A stretch of DNA of 64,000 nt, taken from contig CALVWM010000001.1 of the NCBI GenBank assembly GCA_944367185.1, forward strand, positions 3,189-67,188, in the 5' to 3' direction. Within the stretch, counting starts at the first letter, position 1, and every line of letters begins with the position of its first letter. The position numbers and the translations under genes were made by a program. Under the pieces are notes generated by a model. That model ran no database searches. It was not told where the DNA came from and saw only the letters and a program-made list of their open reading frames with translations. The DNA is from an uncultured Clostridia bacterium (GTDB lineage Bacteria > Bacillota > Clostridia > Christensenellales > Borkfalkiaceae). This document shows positions 1 through 14,334 of the stretch, one piece after another.

Positions 1-522
1 ACGCTGATCCGCAAACCCAAGCACGAAACAAAACATGGTCAAGCCTTTACCGTTGAAGAAGAGCATACTTTTGTAGAACGCTGCATCAACAGTCATACAG
101 TATGCCGCTATGCCTATATCCTCATGCTGTTTACAGGCATACGACGCAGCGAGCTGGCATCTGTTCAAGTTTCCGCACAATGGATCACCGTCATTACCGC
201 AAAAACACGCAAGGGAGAATCTGTAAAAACACGAAAAATCCCTGTCTCCCCTATGCTCCAACCATTTTTGCCATTTATCACAAAAGATGTGCTCATGGTG
301 AGTTTAGATGCGTTGACGAATACCTTCAAAAAAATAATGCCAGGACGACACCTGCATGAGCTGCGCCACACATTTATCACGAGATGCCAGGAATGCGGAG
401 TCAGCCGCGAGCTTACTTCCCTTTGGGCAGGACATAAAGCGGACAACACCATGACAAGCAACGTCTATACGCATTTTTCGGAAGAATTTCAGCTCATAGA
501 AATTCAAAAACTTCGGTATTAA
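1..522 (+). CDS. tyrosine recombinase / phage-type integrase, C-terminal catalytic part (5' end outside window)
   Basis: Frame 1 is open from nt 1. The translation reads ...LMLFTGIRRSEL...LHELRHTFITRC...LWAGH...NVYTHF, matching the R / HxxR / Y catalytic pattern of tyrosine recombinases. Confidence 0.85.
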   Translation, partial: TLIRKPKHETKHGQAFTVEEEHTFVERCINSHTVCRYAYILMLFTGIRRSELASVQVSAQWITVITAKTRKGESVKTRKIPVSPMLQPFLPFITKDVLMVSLDALTNTFKKIMPGRHLHELRHTFITRCQECGVSRELTSLWAGHKADNTMTSNVYTHFSEEFQLIEIQKLRY

Positions 523-651
523 GGAAAGCATTTCCCCATATTTTCCCCAATATGATAGACTTCTTCTGTATAATATGTGTATATTTTTAGTATTTCACAA
601 TTTTTATGCAATATATATGCGATATTTTGCATATAATTCACCTTGAATTGC

Positions 652-704
652 CTGTAAATCTGACGTCTTCGACTTCGGTGGTTCAAATCCACCTCTTCCC
701 ACCA
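652..704 (+). tRNA. 3' fragment (~53 nt) of a class-II tRNA, tRNA-Tyr(GTA)-like; not a complete gene
   Basis: Elements present: anticodon-loop-like CTGTAAA, a short variable arm GTC-TTC-GAC, T-arm GGTGG-TTCAAAT-CCACC, acceptor 3' strand TCTTCCC, discriminator A and an encoded CCA. No complementary GGGAAGA, D-arm or anticodon-stem 5' strand is found upstream. Confidence 0.7.
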
Positions 705-709
705 CAGTG

Positions 710-750
710 GAATAATACGAACACCGAAAAGGCGTTCGTATTATTCTTTT
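710..750 (+). terminator. Rho-independent terminator immediately after the tRNA fragment
   Basis: 13-bp stem GAATAATACGAAC / GTTCGTATTATTC followed by TTTT. Confidence 0.65.
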
Positions 751-807
751 CCATCGACTATTTCGGATTGATCCTGCCAAGAAAAAAATAGCCCTGCCGA
801 TCATGGC

Positions 808-844
808 ACAGGTTGACAGATAACTGTCAGCCTGTTTTTATTTC
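808..844 (+). terminator. orphan Rho-independent terminator-like hairpin (no plus-strand CDS upstream)
   Basis: Stem ACAGGTTGACAG / CTGTCAGCCTGT with one G:T pair, followed by TTTTTATTT. Confidence 0.4.
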
Positions 845-944
845 CCTCCGAATTTGTCTTTTTCGGTCGGCTATGGTAGCATAGTTCCTCGCGGACGTCA
901 ACGGCCGCAAAATCGTCGCTTAAAACACCCATATCGTCATGATT

Positions 945-1274
945 TCACCTCTTCGGATCACGGTATGTACGAATGATCGATGTTAAAATTTCAGCCTCGT
1001 GTTTTGAAAGTTTCGGCAACAGGCTTTGAAGAAAAATAAGTTGCTCTTCCGTCAGAAATTTACGGTTCTGCCGAAGGGTACGTCCTTCCATGGCATGAAC
1101 TCCTCCGCCTGTGCCTTTCGACGTATAAATCGGATAGCGCAGCGAAAGAAGCAGCACGTCTTTTTCAATTGTACGCCTGCTGACATGAAACTCAAATGCA
1201 AGATTTGCAATCGTCTCATGCCGGCGCGAACATAGAATGTCTATGATCGCCTCGCGCCGTTCCTCCGCTGACAC
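945..1274 (-). CDS. small helix-turn-helix transcriptional regulator (DeoR/HTH_11-like N-terminus)
   Basis: 109 aa. The N-terminus REAIIDILCSRRHETIANLAFEFHVSRRTIEKDV is a typical winged-HTH segment. Confidence 0.6.
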   Translation of the reverse strand: MSAEERREAIIDILCSRRHETIANLAFEFHVSRRTIEKDVLLLSLRYPIYTSKGTGGGVHAMEGRTLRQNRKFLTEEQLIFLQSLLPKLSKHEAEILTSIIRTYRDPKR

Positions 1275-1370
1275 GTCGTTTTCCCCTCTTTTGCGTTGTT
1301 ATGCCTTGATTCTAAAACCCCAATACGAAGGAAAAGTTCGTATTGAAAAATTTTTTTGAATCAATTTTTA

Positions 1371-1426
1371 AAATAAAAAGGTCCCGACACAGACTGCCAT
1401 TTCGCAATCTGCCGTCGAGACCTTTT
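1371..1426 (-). terminator. terminator closing the long minus-strand sugar locus
   Basis: Imperfect long hairpin AAAGGTCCCGAC...GTCGAGACCTTT with a T-run on the minus strand, located just downstream of the PIG-L gene stop. Confidence 0.45.
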
Positions 1427-1489
1427 ATCAAGGCTGTACCACTCGATGTTTTACTATTCTCTTACACAGACGTAAGTTTTATTTCCTGT

Positions 1490-2317
1490 CTATTCAAGAA
1501 ACCTGCCAATGGTTTCTTTGACCTGCGCTTTGAAACGGTCGATATAGCTTGCGATATAGTCGGCAATATCAATCGTTTTATCCATGAGCGGGGTTAAGTC
1601 CATCGCGTAGTTGAGCGCGGTGTAGGTATCGCACGCATGGCTTGCGGAGAAGGTGGCGTTCGCAAGCCGTCTGCCCTCTGCCGCCAAGTCGTACCGTTTG
1701 CCGCCCACGATCTGGCTATCGAACACCGCCGAAAGACAGCGCATGAGGTTGGGGTGCGGTCCGCAGTCGAGGTAAACCTTTTCGTCGTCGTTCACCCAAT
1801 CGAGATCACGCCACACCTCGCAACCGTACACCTTTTCAGGGCGCTCCTCTGGTCTGAGCAATCGCAACGCCGCAATGACTTTGAGCGCCGTAGCAACGTG
1901 CGTCTCGTGCTTGTCTGCAAGGTTGTGCGTGTAGAGATATTTCGGCTTTGCCTTTCGGATGAGATCGGCAAGCTCTTCGACAATTTTGGCATTGCCAGCG
2001 TCCTTCACCTCTTTGGAAGGGTGAGAGAGCATTGCCAAAAAGCCGTACTCGCCCACCATCGCTGCCTTTTTCTGCTCAATGACGCGCACCTCCTTCATCT
2101 GTTCGTCCGTGTAATCGGCGTAAAGCCCGCTTCTCGGACTCCCCGCGCCGTCCGTCACGACGATGGCGCCAAACCACTTGTCTTGATTCCCGAAGCACTC
2201 CGCGATGGGCGCGTACGCCATAAATTCAATGTCGTCCTGATGCGCGGAAATGGCAAGGTGTGTTGTACGGGAAATTGCCGCCTGTTCCTGCGTTCCGTCC
2301 GGAATATATGTGATCAT
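1490..2317 (-). CDS. PIG-L / LmbE family N-acetylglucosaminyl deacetylase
   Basis: 275 aa. It has the N-terminal HLAISAHQDDIEF motif (AHxDD zinc-site signature of the PIG-L family) and overlaps the upstream ROK gene by 4 nt. Confidence 0.75.
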   Translation of the reverse strand: MITYIPDGTQEQAAISRTTHLAISAHQDDIEFMAYAPIAECFGNQDKWFGAIVVTDGAGSPRSGLYADYTDEQMKEVRVIEQKKAAMVGEYGFLAMLSHPSKEVKDAGNAKIVEELADLIRKAKPKYLYTHNLADKHETHVATALKVIAALRLLRPEERPEKVYGCEVWRDLDWVNDDEKVYLDCGPHPNLMRCLSAVFDSQIVGGKRYDLAAEGRRLANATFSASHACDTYTALNYAMDLTPLMDKTIDIADYIASYIDRFKAQVKETIGRFLE

Positions 2318-3261
2318 TTTATCTCCTTTGCGAGCATTGCCGCGCCGACCAGCCCCGCGTCGTTGCCGAGGCTCGCCGCTCTGATCGTTACGGGCGCATA
2401 TCTGCCGCGTCCAAGAATTTTTGTGTCCACCATCTTCTGCAAGGGTAGCGTGAGTGCTTCCCCTTCCGCGGAAATTCCTCCACCGATAAGCACTGCCTGC
2501 GGGCGGAACACATTGACGATATTTGCGATCCCCTCCGCAAGATACCCGAGGTACTGCTCCACGACAGCTTTCGCCGTTTCGTCGCCCCGCCGCATTCCGT
2601 CAAACGCCGTTCTGCCGTCCGCATTGTCGGCGTTCCCTCTGCAAAGTTCCCACATTTTGCTTTCGGGGTGGCAGACCATTGCGTCTTTCGTCTGCCGCAC
2701 AAGCGCGCTTGCGGAGGCGTACGCCTCGAAACAGCCGCGCCGTCCGCAGGCGCAAGGCTCGCCGTCCAGACAGATGGCCTCATGCCCAAGCTCCGCGCCT
2801 GCGCCCAGCTCGCCCGTGAACAGCTTTCCGCCGAAAATGATGCCGCTCCCCACGCCCGTGCCGAGCGTGATGAGAACGATGCTCTTATACGCCTTTCCCG
2901 CGCCGCAGGCGTACTCCCCGTACGCCGCCGCGTTCGCGTCGTTACAAAGCGTGACGGGAATGCCGAGCAGTTCGCCCAGATCGCTTGCAAGAGGCTTATC
3001 CTCCCAGCCGAGGTTTCCGCCCGTAACGACCATACCGTGTTCGCCGTCGATGACGCCCGGGCAGCCGATGCCCACGCTCTCCGGCGCACCCATGTCCGCG
3101 ATCATCCCTTTTACCGCCTCCGCGATTGCGGACACGGTCGCCCCGTAATCGCAGCCCGCGGGCGTGGGGATTTTATCTTTTTTGAGAATGTTTCCGCTCT
3201 CGTCGACTGCGCCGAACTTTACGAACGTGCCGCCCAGATCGACGCCGATATGATAGCTCAT
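2314..3261 (-). CDS. ROK family sugar kinase (glucokinase / hexosamine kinase type)
   Basis: 315 aa. Motifs: HIGVDLGGTFVKFG ATP-binding N-terminus, and the ROK zinc motif GHEAICLDGEPCACGRRGCFEAYAS. Confidence 0.85.
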   Translation of the reverse strand: MSYHIGVDLGGTFVKFGAVDESGNILKKDKIPTPAGCDYGATVSAIAEAVKGMIADMGAPESVGIGCPGVIDGEHGMVVTGGNLGWEDKPLASDLGELLGIPVTLCNDANAAAYGEYACGAGKAYKSIVLITLGTGVGSGIIFGGKLFTGELGAGAELGHEAICLDGEPCACGRRGCFEAYASASALVRQTKDAMVCHPESKMWELCRGNADNADGRTAFDGMRRGDETAKAVVEQYLGYLAEGIANIVNVFRPQAVLIGGGISAEGEALTLPLQKMVDTKILGRGRYAPVTIRAASLGNDAGLVGAAMLAKEIK

Positions 3262-3992
3262 AACTTTGCCGCCGCCTCCCGATCGGCGATGAGAATGCAG
3301 TCTGGATGGAGCTGTAATACGGATGCGGGAACGTTTTCCGTCACTTCCCCTTTCGCCATTTTACAGACAGCGTCCGCCTTGTTCGCCCCGCTCGCCAGGA
3401 TGAGGATCTTCTTCGCCTGCATGATTTGTTTAATTCCCATCGTGAATGCCTTGCGCGGCACTTCGGAGATATCATCGAACAGCCGTGCGTTATCCTTCAC
3501 CGTGCTCTCCGCAAGCGTGACAACGTGCGTCCCGCTCCCGAAGGGCGTGCCCGGCTCGTTGAAGGCAATGTGCCCGTTGCTCCCAAGCCCCAACAGCTGA
3601 ATGTCGCGCGGGAGCTGTTCGAGAAGCGCGTCATAGCGGGCGCACTCCTTTGCCTCGTCCTCCGCCATGCCGTTTTCAATGTTGGTGTTCTCGGGATCGA
3701 TGTCCAACCCGTCGAACAGATTCTTTCGCATGAAAAACGCATAGCTCTGCTCATGCGTTTTGGGCAAGCCCTTGTACTCGTCGAGATTGGCCGTGCGGAT
3801 GTGCGCGTAACTTGTACCGTGCTTTTCATGATCTGCGATCATGTGGGCGTACAACCCCAGCGGCGTGGTGCCCGTGGCGAGCCCCAGCACGGCATACGGA
3901 TTTTTCTTTACCACTTCCAGCATCACTTTCGCCGCTTTTGCCGATAACTCTTCGTAATCCTTTGTAACGATGATTTTCATAATAATTTCCAA
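3258..3992 (-). CDS. nagB: glucosamine-6-phosphate deaminase
   Basis: The sequence MKIIVTKDYEELS...VLGLATGTTP...LGLGSNGHIAFNEPG is a canonical NagB sequence. The start is either the TTG at 3992 or the ATG at 3980. Confidence 0.9.
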   Translation of the reverse strand: MEIIMKIIVTKDYEELSAKAAKVMLEVVKKNPYAVLGLATGTTPLGLYAHMIADHEKHGTSYAHIRTANLDEYKGLPKTHEQSYAFFMRKNLFDGLDIDPENTNIENGMAEDEAKECARYDALLEQLPRDIQLLGLGSNGHIAFNEPGTPFGSGTHVVTLAESTVKDNARLFDDISEVPRKAFTMGIKQIMQAKKILILASGANKADAVCKMAKGEVTENVPASVLQLHPDCILIADREAAAKL

Positions 3993-4025
3993 TGTAGCCC
4001 AATTAAGTCTTCAATAAAAAATTTG

Positions 4026-6017
4026 CTATTCAATCACAGGAAAAATAGAAATTCTCAAACGTGTAGTTGCATAAGGCACAAGTTTCACAATTTCCTCTTT
4101 CTCTGTTTGAGATAATGAAAAATTCCTGACCCTTGGAGTAAATAATGCCTTCTTATGAACAATTGTCCCCTTCCCGCGCGGTGTCTTTCTTGTCAAAAAA
4201 GCATTTACCTTTCTCAGTTTCCAAGCCGGAATGCCATGCACCACAACATCGATCGACAATCCGCTGTTCCCTGCGCGCCAAGGTTCTTCCTGTACCGAGG
4301 CGGTACTGCGAAATATGGGATCGATTTCCCGCACAGACGGCATACCGTAGTTCCATTTGCTCCCCGGGTACAATGCGTAGTGCGGAAAATCCTCATTGTT
4401 CCGATCACGTAACCCTAAAATGATTTTTTCTTCACGGATCGGAAGAGCATATAACAGCGGTCCCTTTTTCAGGCTCACTCCGCCGGCATTTTGTATAAAC
4501 TCTATTTTATCTTCAAACTCCAAATCTATTACATCGCCATCAGAAAAAATCCTGTCGATACGGATCATGCTTCCTTCCAGACGATAAGAATAATCTCTTC
4601 CATTGATTGAAATATGCGTTCTGACCGCCCATGACGGCATACGAAGCCGCAATGAAAATTCCGCCGTACCCTCCGTTTTTATATAAAATTTTACAGAATT
4701 CCTAAACGGATATGATGTTTTTTCTTCTATTTCCACGAAGGATCCGCGGACTTCCGTCCTGCATACCGACGGCGCGTACAGAAATGCAATCAGCCCTTCG
4801 CGATCGCACATCCAGCTCCGCGCAACGTAATTCGGCATAAATCTGTGCACATTCCCCGCGCAGCACGACAAGAACTTTTCGGGCGCATAAGACATCCAAT
4901 CTTCCCCTCGGAAAAAGAAAAGATGATTTGACGTATCGTCGGCAAGGACCTGATTCGGGCAGGAAAAATACTGTTCTCCTCTAAAATCGTCATCCACGGC
5001 TCCGAGCCCGGCATTAAACACCGCATTCTCGATCCAATCGCCATATTTTCCGTCGCCCGTTATCATAAAAAGATATCCGAGCGCCCATGTCAGATCGGAT
5101 ATGTCGCACGTCTCATGCGCCGCCTGGGAATCGCTGTTCCCGTTCAGATACTCCGACGAACTATTAACGCCGTCAATGAGCATCTGATCACGATAAAGTT
5201 TATCGAAAGCGTTAACCGCCGCACGTTTATAAATTTCTTTTTTCGTGTAGAGATATAAAATTGCCGGAAGTTTACATATTTCATTATAAGTGACACCATG
5301 ATTGCGACACACTTTCCGATCGGAAAGCATCCCCTGCAATGTCAGGTCTCTCATTTCAGCCCCTTCCGGAGCGTCGGAATCATCTGCATAAATCTGATTA
5401 AATACCGCATAAGCCTCTTCCGACATTTCCAAAAAGCGCTCGTCTTTTGTTTTTCCGTATAACCATAACGCGCATTCTATGGCGGATATATCCCTCACGG
5501 CAATGATCCTCGCCCCGCTCGGCGATTTTATCCGCTCTTTCAGATCCGCACGGATATAGTGTTTTTTTAATGCTTCCAATATACGACCGTCTCCTGTCGC
5601 CTCATACTCCGCCATCAGCGCGCGGAAATAAACAGAATGCGCCCAAAGCATTCCGTCTTTCAGAAAAGACGGTCCGATATATCCGTCCGCATCCGCGTTT
5701 TCAATAGCAGGATATATCTTGCCCTCGGCATACTCGATCAGTTTTTTATCATCGATCAGCCATCCGCAACGAATCATTCCATCAATCCAGTAAGCATTCT
5801 GCTCAAAAGGCGTCCAGGCATCATCGACGCAATTCAGTCCGCCAAGAAAATTTTCATCCTCTCCGACGACAATATCCTTTTCCCCTTCCCAATATTTTGT
5901 GACGAACGGTTTGCCGATCCTGCCCATATTCCCCGTCAGTCCGCTCGCCTGCGTTTTTAAAAACCGCTCGATCCAGCCGCCGGCTTTCAGTTCGCACAAT
6001 CTTAATTCATGAATCAT
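4026..6017 (-). CDS. GH127-like (DUF1680 / beta-L-arabinofuranosidase-fold) glycoside hydrolase
   Basis: 663 aa. The HETCDISD and LSCCAGNVHRF segments resemble the Glu/Cys3 zinc-site motifs of GH127/GH146 enzymes. No signal peptide. Confidence 0.55.
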   Translation of the reverse strand: MIHELRLCELKAGGWIERFLKTQASGLTGNMGRIGKPFVTKYWEGEKDIVVGEDENFLGGLNCVDDAWTPFEQNAYWIDGMIRCGWLIDDKKLIEYAEGKIYPAIENADADGYIGPSFLKDGMLWAHSVYFRALMAEYEATGDGRILEALKKHYIRADLKERIKSPSGARIIAVRDISAIECALWLYGKTKDERFLEMSEEAYAVFNQIYADDSDAPEGAEMRDLTLQGMLSDRKVCRNHGVTYNEICKLPAILYLYTKKEIYKRAAVNAFDKLYRDQMLIDGVNSSSEYLNGNSDSQAAHETCDISDLTWALGYLFMITGDGKYGDWIENAVFNAGLGAVDDDFRGEQYFSCPNQVLADDTSNHLFFFRGEDWMSYAPEKFLSCCAGNVHRFMPNYVARSWMCDREGLIAFLYAPSVCRTEVRGSFVEIEEKTSYPFRNSVKFYIKTEGTAEFSLRLRMPSWAVRTHISINGRDYSYRLEGSMIRIDRIFSDGDVIDLEFEDKIEFIQNAGGVSLKKGPLLYALPIREEKIILGLRDRNNEDFPHYALYPGSKWNYGMPSVREIDPIFRSTASVQEEPWRAGNSGLSIDVVVHGIPAWKLRKVNAFLTRKTPRGKGTIVHKKALFTPRVRNFSLSQTEKEEIVKLVPYATTRLRISIFPVIE

Positions 6018-6047
6018 AGTTTCTTCGCTCGCATTCAGGAAATTATT

Positions 6048-11194
<5,147 letters not shown>

Positions 11195-11201
11195 TTTTCA
11201 A

Positions 11202-12944
11202 TCAATATACATTTATTCCGAACACCCGCGCCTTCTCGTCACCGTAGGTTTCCAAAAGGCGGATCACAATCTTATCCGCAACGACGCCTTCGCAGTCCAG
11301 ACGGCAGAACCGGAGCTGATTTTCGTTCTGTTCGATTCTGTGGATCAATTGATCCTGCAAGTAAAACTCCGCACAGAAACGCCTGACGAGCGACGAAGGG
11401 ATCGGCTTTTGCCTGCTTCTTATCGCATCGGACAGCGTGATCGTGAGTTCAGAAGAAAGATCGGAATCAAACCTCAGCACGACGCTTTTCGGTTTTTTCG
11501 GCGACGCCCACTGAATGCAGATCCATTCGCCGTCTTTTCGCATCCCGTCCGACTGCCAGCAGTTTATTTCCGCCCCGATATTGCGCAGAATCCCGTTTGT
11601 TACATTGCTTAGAGTATCCTGTCCGCCGGAACAGCTCAGTTCCCCCTGCAATGCGAGATCGTCGTCGGTGATCAGTTTCAGTCCCGGAAGATAGCAATCG
11701 TCCTTCATGAGAAGCTCTTGAAGAACCTCTATTCTCTCACCCAGATCCCGCGGAGCAAGGCGATGGGCAATGCAGAGAGCCGCCGCCGTTCCGACGGCTT
11801 GTCCCACGACGGCACAGGTCCCCATTACCCGCGTAGAGGCGAACGCGATATGAGAAACGCTGATCGCTCTGCCCGCAAGGAACAGATTCCCGATATTGCG
11901 CGAATACAGACAGCGGTAAGGAATCCCGTAGCATCCTTCAACGTCCACATACGAATTGGGAGGAAGAGACGCGCAGTTCAGACCTTCGGGAATATGCAGA
12001 TCGATATTCCAGCCGCCATAGGCGACAACGTCCTGAAATGCCGTATGAGAGACGAGATCCTGCTCGCGCAGAACATAATCGCCCGTAAGCCTGCGGCTTT
12101 CGCGCTTTGCGGGGAAGGGCGCGATCCAATCGAGCGCGTAATTCTCGGCGTGATGCCCTTCCGTATTTTTGATGTGATCCCACACCCCGAACAACATTTT
12201 TGAAAGTTCGGAATATATTTTATCCTGTTCCCCGATAATGTCCTCTGCTCCCGCTTCTATCCACCAATATCCTGACGAGATCTCCTGATGATCGCGGAAG
12301 TTCAGATCCTCTTCGGTATAACGGTACGCCCATGACGGCGCAGCAAAGGGCATCCGACGTCCCATATCCTTCGCCGTAAACATAAGCGAGCTTCCCATTA
12401 CCCTGCGATCCGAACATGCGGGCGCGTGCGGCTCTCCAAAGACATCCTTCCCTTCTCTGCCGTACATAAAGTCCGCTCCCGCCTGAAACCCGATATACCC
12501 GTCGCCTGTCGCGTCGACGAATATATCCGCAGAAAAACAGAATCGTTTTTCCGTGGCGCTCTGCACGGCGGAGAGCTCGCAAATCTTGTTGTCCTCCGTT
12601 CTGACGTCAATGATCCGCGTATTTAAAAACAGTTCCAATCCTTCCTGCCCGATGACCGCGTCAAGAAAGATATAGTCCTGCACATTGAACGACTGCTGAG
12701 GATTTGCAAACCTATTTTTCAGCAAAAGCTCTTCAATGATGCCTGTTTCGCGCAGGTTCGGTTTGTTGGCGTGAATGTCGGCGCCGCAGATATGCATACG
12801 CACTTCGCTCGACGCATTTCCGCCGAGCACGGGGCGATCCTGAACGAGCGCCGTATGCGCGCCGTGGCGCGCGGCTGCAAGCGCCGCGCACATTCCGGAC
12901 ACCCCTCCGCCGACTACAATAACATCAAATTGTTTTTTCTCCAT
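11202..12944 (-). CDS. FAD-dependent oxidoreductase (FAD_oxidored / pfam12831-like), paralog 1
   Basis: Rossmann dinucleotide fold FDVIVVGGGVSGMCAALAAARHG...LGGN directly after the ATG at 12944. The ORF track extends to the TTG at 12968. Confidence 0.7.
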   Translation of the reverse strand: MEKKQFDVIVVGGGVSGMCAALAAARHGAHTALVQDRPVLGGNASSEVRMHICGADIHANKPNLRETGIIEELLLKNRFANPQQSFNVQDYIFLDAVIGQEGLELFLNTRIIDVRTEDNKICELSAVQSATEKRFCFSADIFVDATGDGYIGFQAGADFMYGREGKDVFGEPHAPACSDRRVMGSSLMFTAKDMGRRMPFAAPSWAYRYTEEDLNFRDHQEISSGYWWIEAGAEDIIGEQDKIYSELSKMLFGVWDHIKNTEGHHAENYALDWIAPFPAKRESRRLTGDYVLREQDLVSHTAFQDVVAYGGWNIDLHIPEGLNCASLPPNSYVDVEGCYGIPYRCLYSRNIGNLFLAGRAISVSHIAFASTRVMGTCAVVGQAVGTAAALCIAHRLAPRDLGERIEVLQELLMKDDCYLPGLKLITDDDLALQGELSCSGGQDTLSNVTNGILRNIGAEINCWQSDGMRKDGEWICIQWASPKKPKSVVLRFDSDLSSELTITLSDAIRSRQKPIPSSLVRRFCAEFYLQDQLIHRIEQNENQLRFCRLDCEGVVADKIVIRLLETYGDEKARVFGINVY

Positions 12945-13003
12945 ACAGTTTGTAACCCCCGTACGCAACTTTCATCCGAAAATTCAGCAGAACGCCGAAC
13001 GCA

Positions 13004-14242
13004 TCAATTTTTCAGATCGTCGATCTGAACACACCCGCCGTTCAGACGCGACTGTTCAGCCGCAAACGCCATCAGATGGCTTTCAACAGAAACATCGAGA
13101 TAAGAAACGCTGTCGTCTTCCTGCCCGCATAATACACGGTAAATGCTTCTCATCATTTCTTCATCTCCGCCGCAATGTCCGCCGACAGCATTCTGCGGGA
13201 GTTCAGGAATTACCTGACGGGAAGGCGCGCCAAATGGACGAACTTCGATCAGGTTGTGCTCCATATGCCCGTAAAGCTCTGCTTTTGTGCCGTAGATCTT
13301 GATATCGCGGTATATTTCCTGTGAAAACGCCGTCATTGTATGGCAAACCGTACTGCCCTTTTCAAATTCCATAATAGTTACCTGATGATCTACGACATCG
13401 TTGTCTGAGCGGAATACGCAGCGATCATATTGCGTTTTGCGCAGATCGGCAAGGATATTTTCCTCGGACTGCCCCCGTGCGCAAAAATAACGTGCAAACT
13501 GATTCCGGACGGGATCGGGCGACGTATATAATTCCTGCGCGCGATACGGACACTCTTTCAATGCGCACTCCGAACAAAATTCTGCGGATCCCTTCGGGGC
13601 ATTTTCCTGCTTATAAAACGATAAACTGCCATAAGATGCCACCGAAACACACTTACGGGATAACAGCCAGCAAAAAATATCCATATCGTGACAGCATTTC
13701 GCGAGGATCATCGGAGATGATTCGTCCGAGCGTCTCCACGGTCCACGCACATAACTGTGGGCATAGTGAAAATAGCCCACATTTTCACTCGCGTGAATCG
13801 AGACGATATCCCCCAATTCCCCCGCTTTGATAATCTTTTTGATCGCAGAGTAAAAAGGCGTGTAGCGCAGGACGTGACATACCAACACCTTCCTTCCCAA
13901 ACGTTTGCAAGTACGATATATAGAAAGACAATCTTCCGGATTATTCGCAATAGGCTTTTCCAATAATAAATCGTAGCCCGCATTCATCATTGCCACGGCG
14001 TGTTCGCGATGCTGCGCATCCTGCGTGCAGATCACAACCAAATCGACTGTATAGCGCATTTTCAGGAAGTCCTCATAGCGCTCGAAGACGGGAACTCCTT
14101 TACAGTTCCGTTTCGCTTCCATAATGCGCGCCTGATTATTTTCTATAATCGCAACGAGTTTGAATTCCTGCGGATGCGCAACCGCATAGGAGGCGTAAAT
14201 CGCTCCTCTCTGTCCATAACCGAATATAGCAATCGTTTTCAT
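13004..14242 (-). CDS. Gfo/Idh/MocA family NAD(P)-dependent oxidoreductase
   Basis: 412 aa. Motifs: MKTIAIFGYGQRG N-terminal Rossmann fold and the EKP motif (LLLEKPIANN). Confidence 0.8.
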   Translation of the reverse strand: MKTIAIFGYGQRGAIYASYAVAHPQEFKLVAIIENNQARIMEAKRNCKGVPVFERYEDFLKMRYTVDLVVICTQDAQHREHAVAMMNAGYDLLLEKPIANNPEDCLSIYRTCKRLGRKVLVCHVLRYTPFYSAIKKIIKAGELGDIVSIHASENVGYFHYAHSYVRGPWRRSDESSPMILAKCCHDMDIFCWLLSRKCVSVASYGSLSFYKQENAPKGSAEFCSECALKECPYRAQELYTSPDPVRNQFARYFCARGQSEENILADLRKTQYDRCVFRSDNDVVDHQVTIMEFEKGSTVCHTMTAFSQEIYRDIKIYGTKAELYGHMEHNLIEVRPFGAPSRQVIPELPQNAVGGHCGGDEEMMRSIYRVLCGQEDDSVSYLDVSVESHLMAFAAEQSRLNGGCVQIDDLKN

Positions 14243-14269
14243 AAATAACCTCTTGTATTGATTTTACAA

Positions 14270-14300
14270 CGGGCGGATCCTGCATCCCGCAAGATCCGCC
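14270..14300 (-). terminator. GC-rich stem-loop downstream of the giant lipoprotein gene (no U-tract; intra-operon hairpin or weak terminator)
   Basis: Stem GGGCGGATC / GATCCGCCC, 9 bp, in the 92-nt gap between two co-oriented genes. Confidence 0.3.
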
Positions 14301-14334
14301 CGCGCTTCATACTGTTGGCTCGGAGCTCCTGCAA

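Larger units (their letters stand above)
1..704. mobile_element. end of an integrated element (integrase gene plus tRNA 3' fragment as putative att repeat); the body of the element would lie upstream of the window
   Basis: An integrase gene is followed about 130 nt later by a tRNA 3' half that has no 5' half. The AT-rich spacer (530-650) carries the inverted repeat TATGCAA...TTGCATA. Confidence 0.5.

Noticed and set aside
628-704. A complete tRNA-Tyr gene
   Set aside because: There is no 5' acceptor strand complementary to TCTTCCC, no D-arm and no 5' anticodon-stem strand upstream of nt ~652. Only the 3' two-thirds is present.
604-804. ORFs 604-804(-) and 606-791(+)
   Set aside because: They overlap the tRNA fragment and its terminator. 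The GGFEPP-type translation is the usual artefact of reading a T-arm.
845-945. 43-codon minus-strand ORF (MGVLSDDFAAVDVRE...) just downstream of the HTH gene
   Set aside because: It has no SD, runs into the orphan terminator hairpin and shows no recognisable family. It was not called.
1637-3148. 503-aa plus-strand ORF, with similar long ORFs at 2668-3600, 38122-40059, 47650-49869, 51537-52793, 53205-54266, 54951-55922, 41285-42565 and 25533-26756
   Set aside because: All lie antisense to, or out of frame with, well-supported GC-rich genes. Their translations are Arg/Ala/Pro/Gly-rich low-complexity strings with no motifs and no SD, which is typical of shadow ORFs in high-GC coding DNA.
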